A stretch of DNA of 64,000 bases from Octopus sinensis (lineage: Eukaryota), in contig NC_042997.1 of assembly GCF_006345805.1 (NCBI RefSeq), positions 184,264,001 to 184,328,000 on the forward strand, written 5' to 3'. Position 1 is the stretch's first letter. Each line of letters opens with the position of its first letter. The position numbers were made by a program, and so were the translations under genes. Shown here one piece after another: positions 63,412 through 64,000 of the stretch. The notes beneath the pieces were generated by a model. The model ran no database searches. It had not been told where the DNA came from and saw only the letters and a list, made by a program, of their open reading frames with translations.

Positions 63412-64000
63412 TAGAGATTGAAGTTGAGAGGGACGTTACTCTTCTATTTAAACTGTTGTAAAATTTATCATTAATTTGTACTGTATGTCTCGCAAAAAAT
63501 AAATAAAAAATATAAAACATTTTTTATTAAAATTCTTTGTGCTCCACCCACATCGATATAAAATATGAAATAAAATCGCAAATATAAAGGCATTAACAAT
63601 CTTATATCTTCATCCCCTCCCTAATTTCGCTTTTGTCTGTCTCACTTCTTTCCCCGCCAACTCTAGCGTCAGATAGGAATGAATGAAAAAATACATCATG
63701 CAATCAAATCAAAAAACTCTAAGCGAAAACATTGAAAAAGGAACATAAATAATAATAAAAAAAACAACTGAAAGTCTCTCCCCCACCGTAAAGCTCCCAA
63801 CATCTCATTGTTCTCTTCACCACAGAAAAAATAGGCAAATGAAAATATAAAAAAAGTAACATAAGGTATATAGAGTTTAATGGAAAATAAATTATAGAAA
63901 CTAAAAAATAACAAATCAAAAAATGATTTACTTTAGTAATCGTACGGCTGGAGTATTGATAATTTGAATAAATTGAATTAAGAAACGGGTTTGCCAACGA

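Overview
AT-rich, microsatellite-dense eukaryotic DNA. The SINE families and repeat landscape suggest an octopus or other cephalopod genome (my recognition, not a database result). I could not support any host protein-coding exon, rRNA or true tRNA gene. Nearly all ORFs in the supplied track are microsatellite read-throughs. The recognisable protein remnants are all from transposons: a decayed Neptune-type Penelope-like element (RT plus GIY-YIG), mariner derivatives, and Tx1/L1, CR1, RTE and R4/Dong LINE fragments. There is also a probable non-autonomous Helitron and many tRNA-derived SINEs. The main unexpected signal is a dense set of type I hammerhead ribozyme (HHR) motifs, read by eye. There are about 14 with intact or near-intact cores plus several degenerate ones, in about eight unrelated non-coding elements or families. 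They include: a young ~544-bp tandem array with five HHRs (41615-44746, retrozyme-like); a ~364-bp HHR repeat present at two loci (4876-5772 and 61663-62141); long head-to-head palindromes with outward-facing HHRs (25502-26076, 16265-16758); a tRNA-headed SINE-like HHR palindrome with a 13-bp target-site duplication (2261-2914); and ~210-bp HHR mini-elements. Most sit in (TA)n tracts and have the inverted geometry typical of Penelope-type insertions. Ribozyme activity, transcription and circularisation are predictions, not observations.
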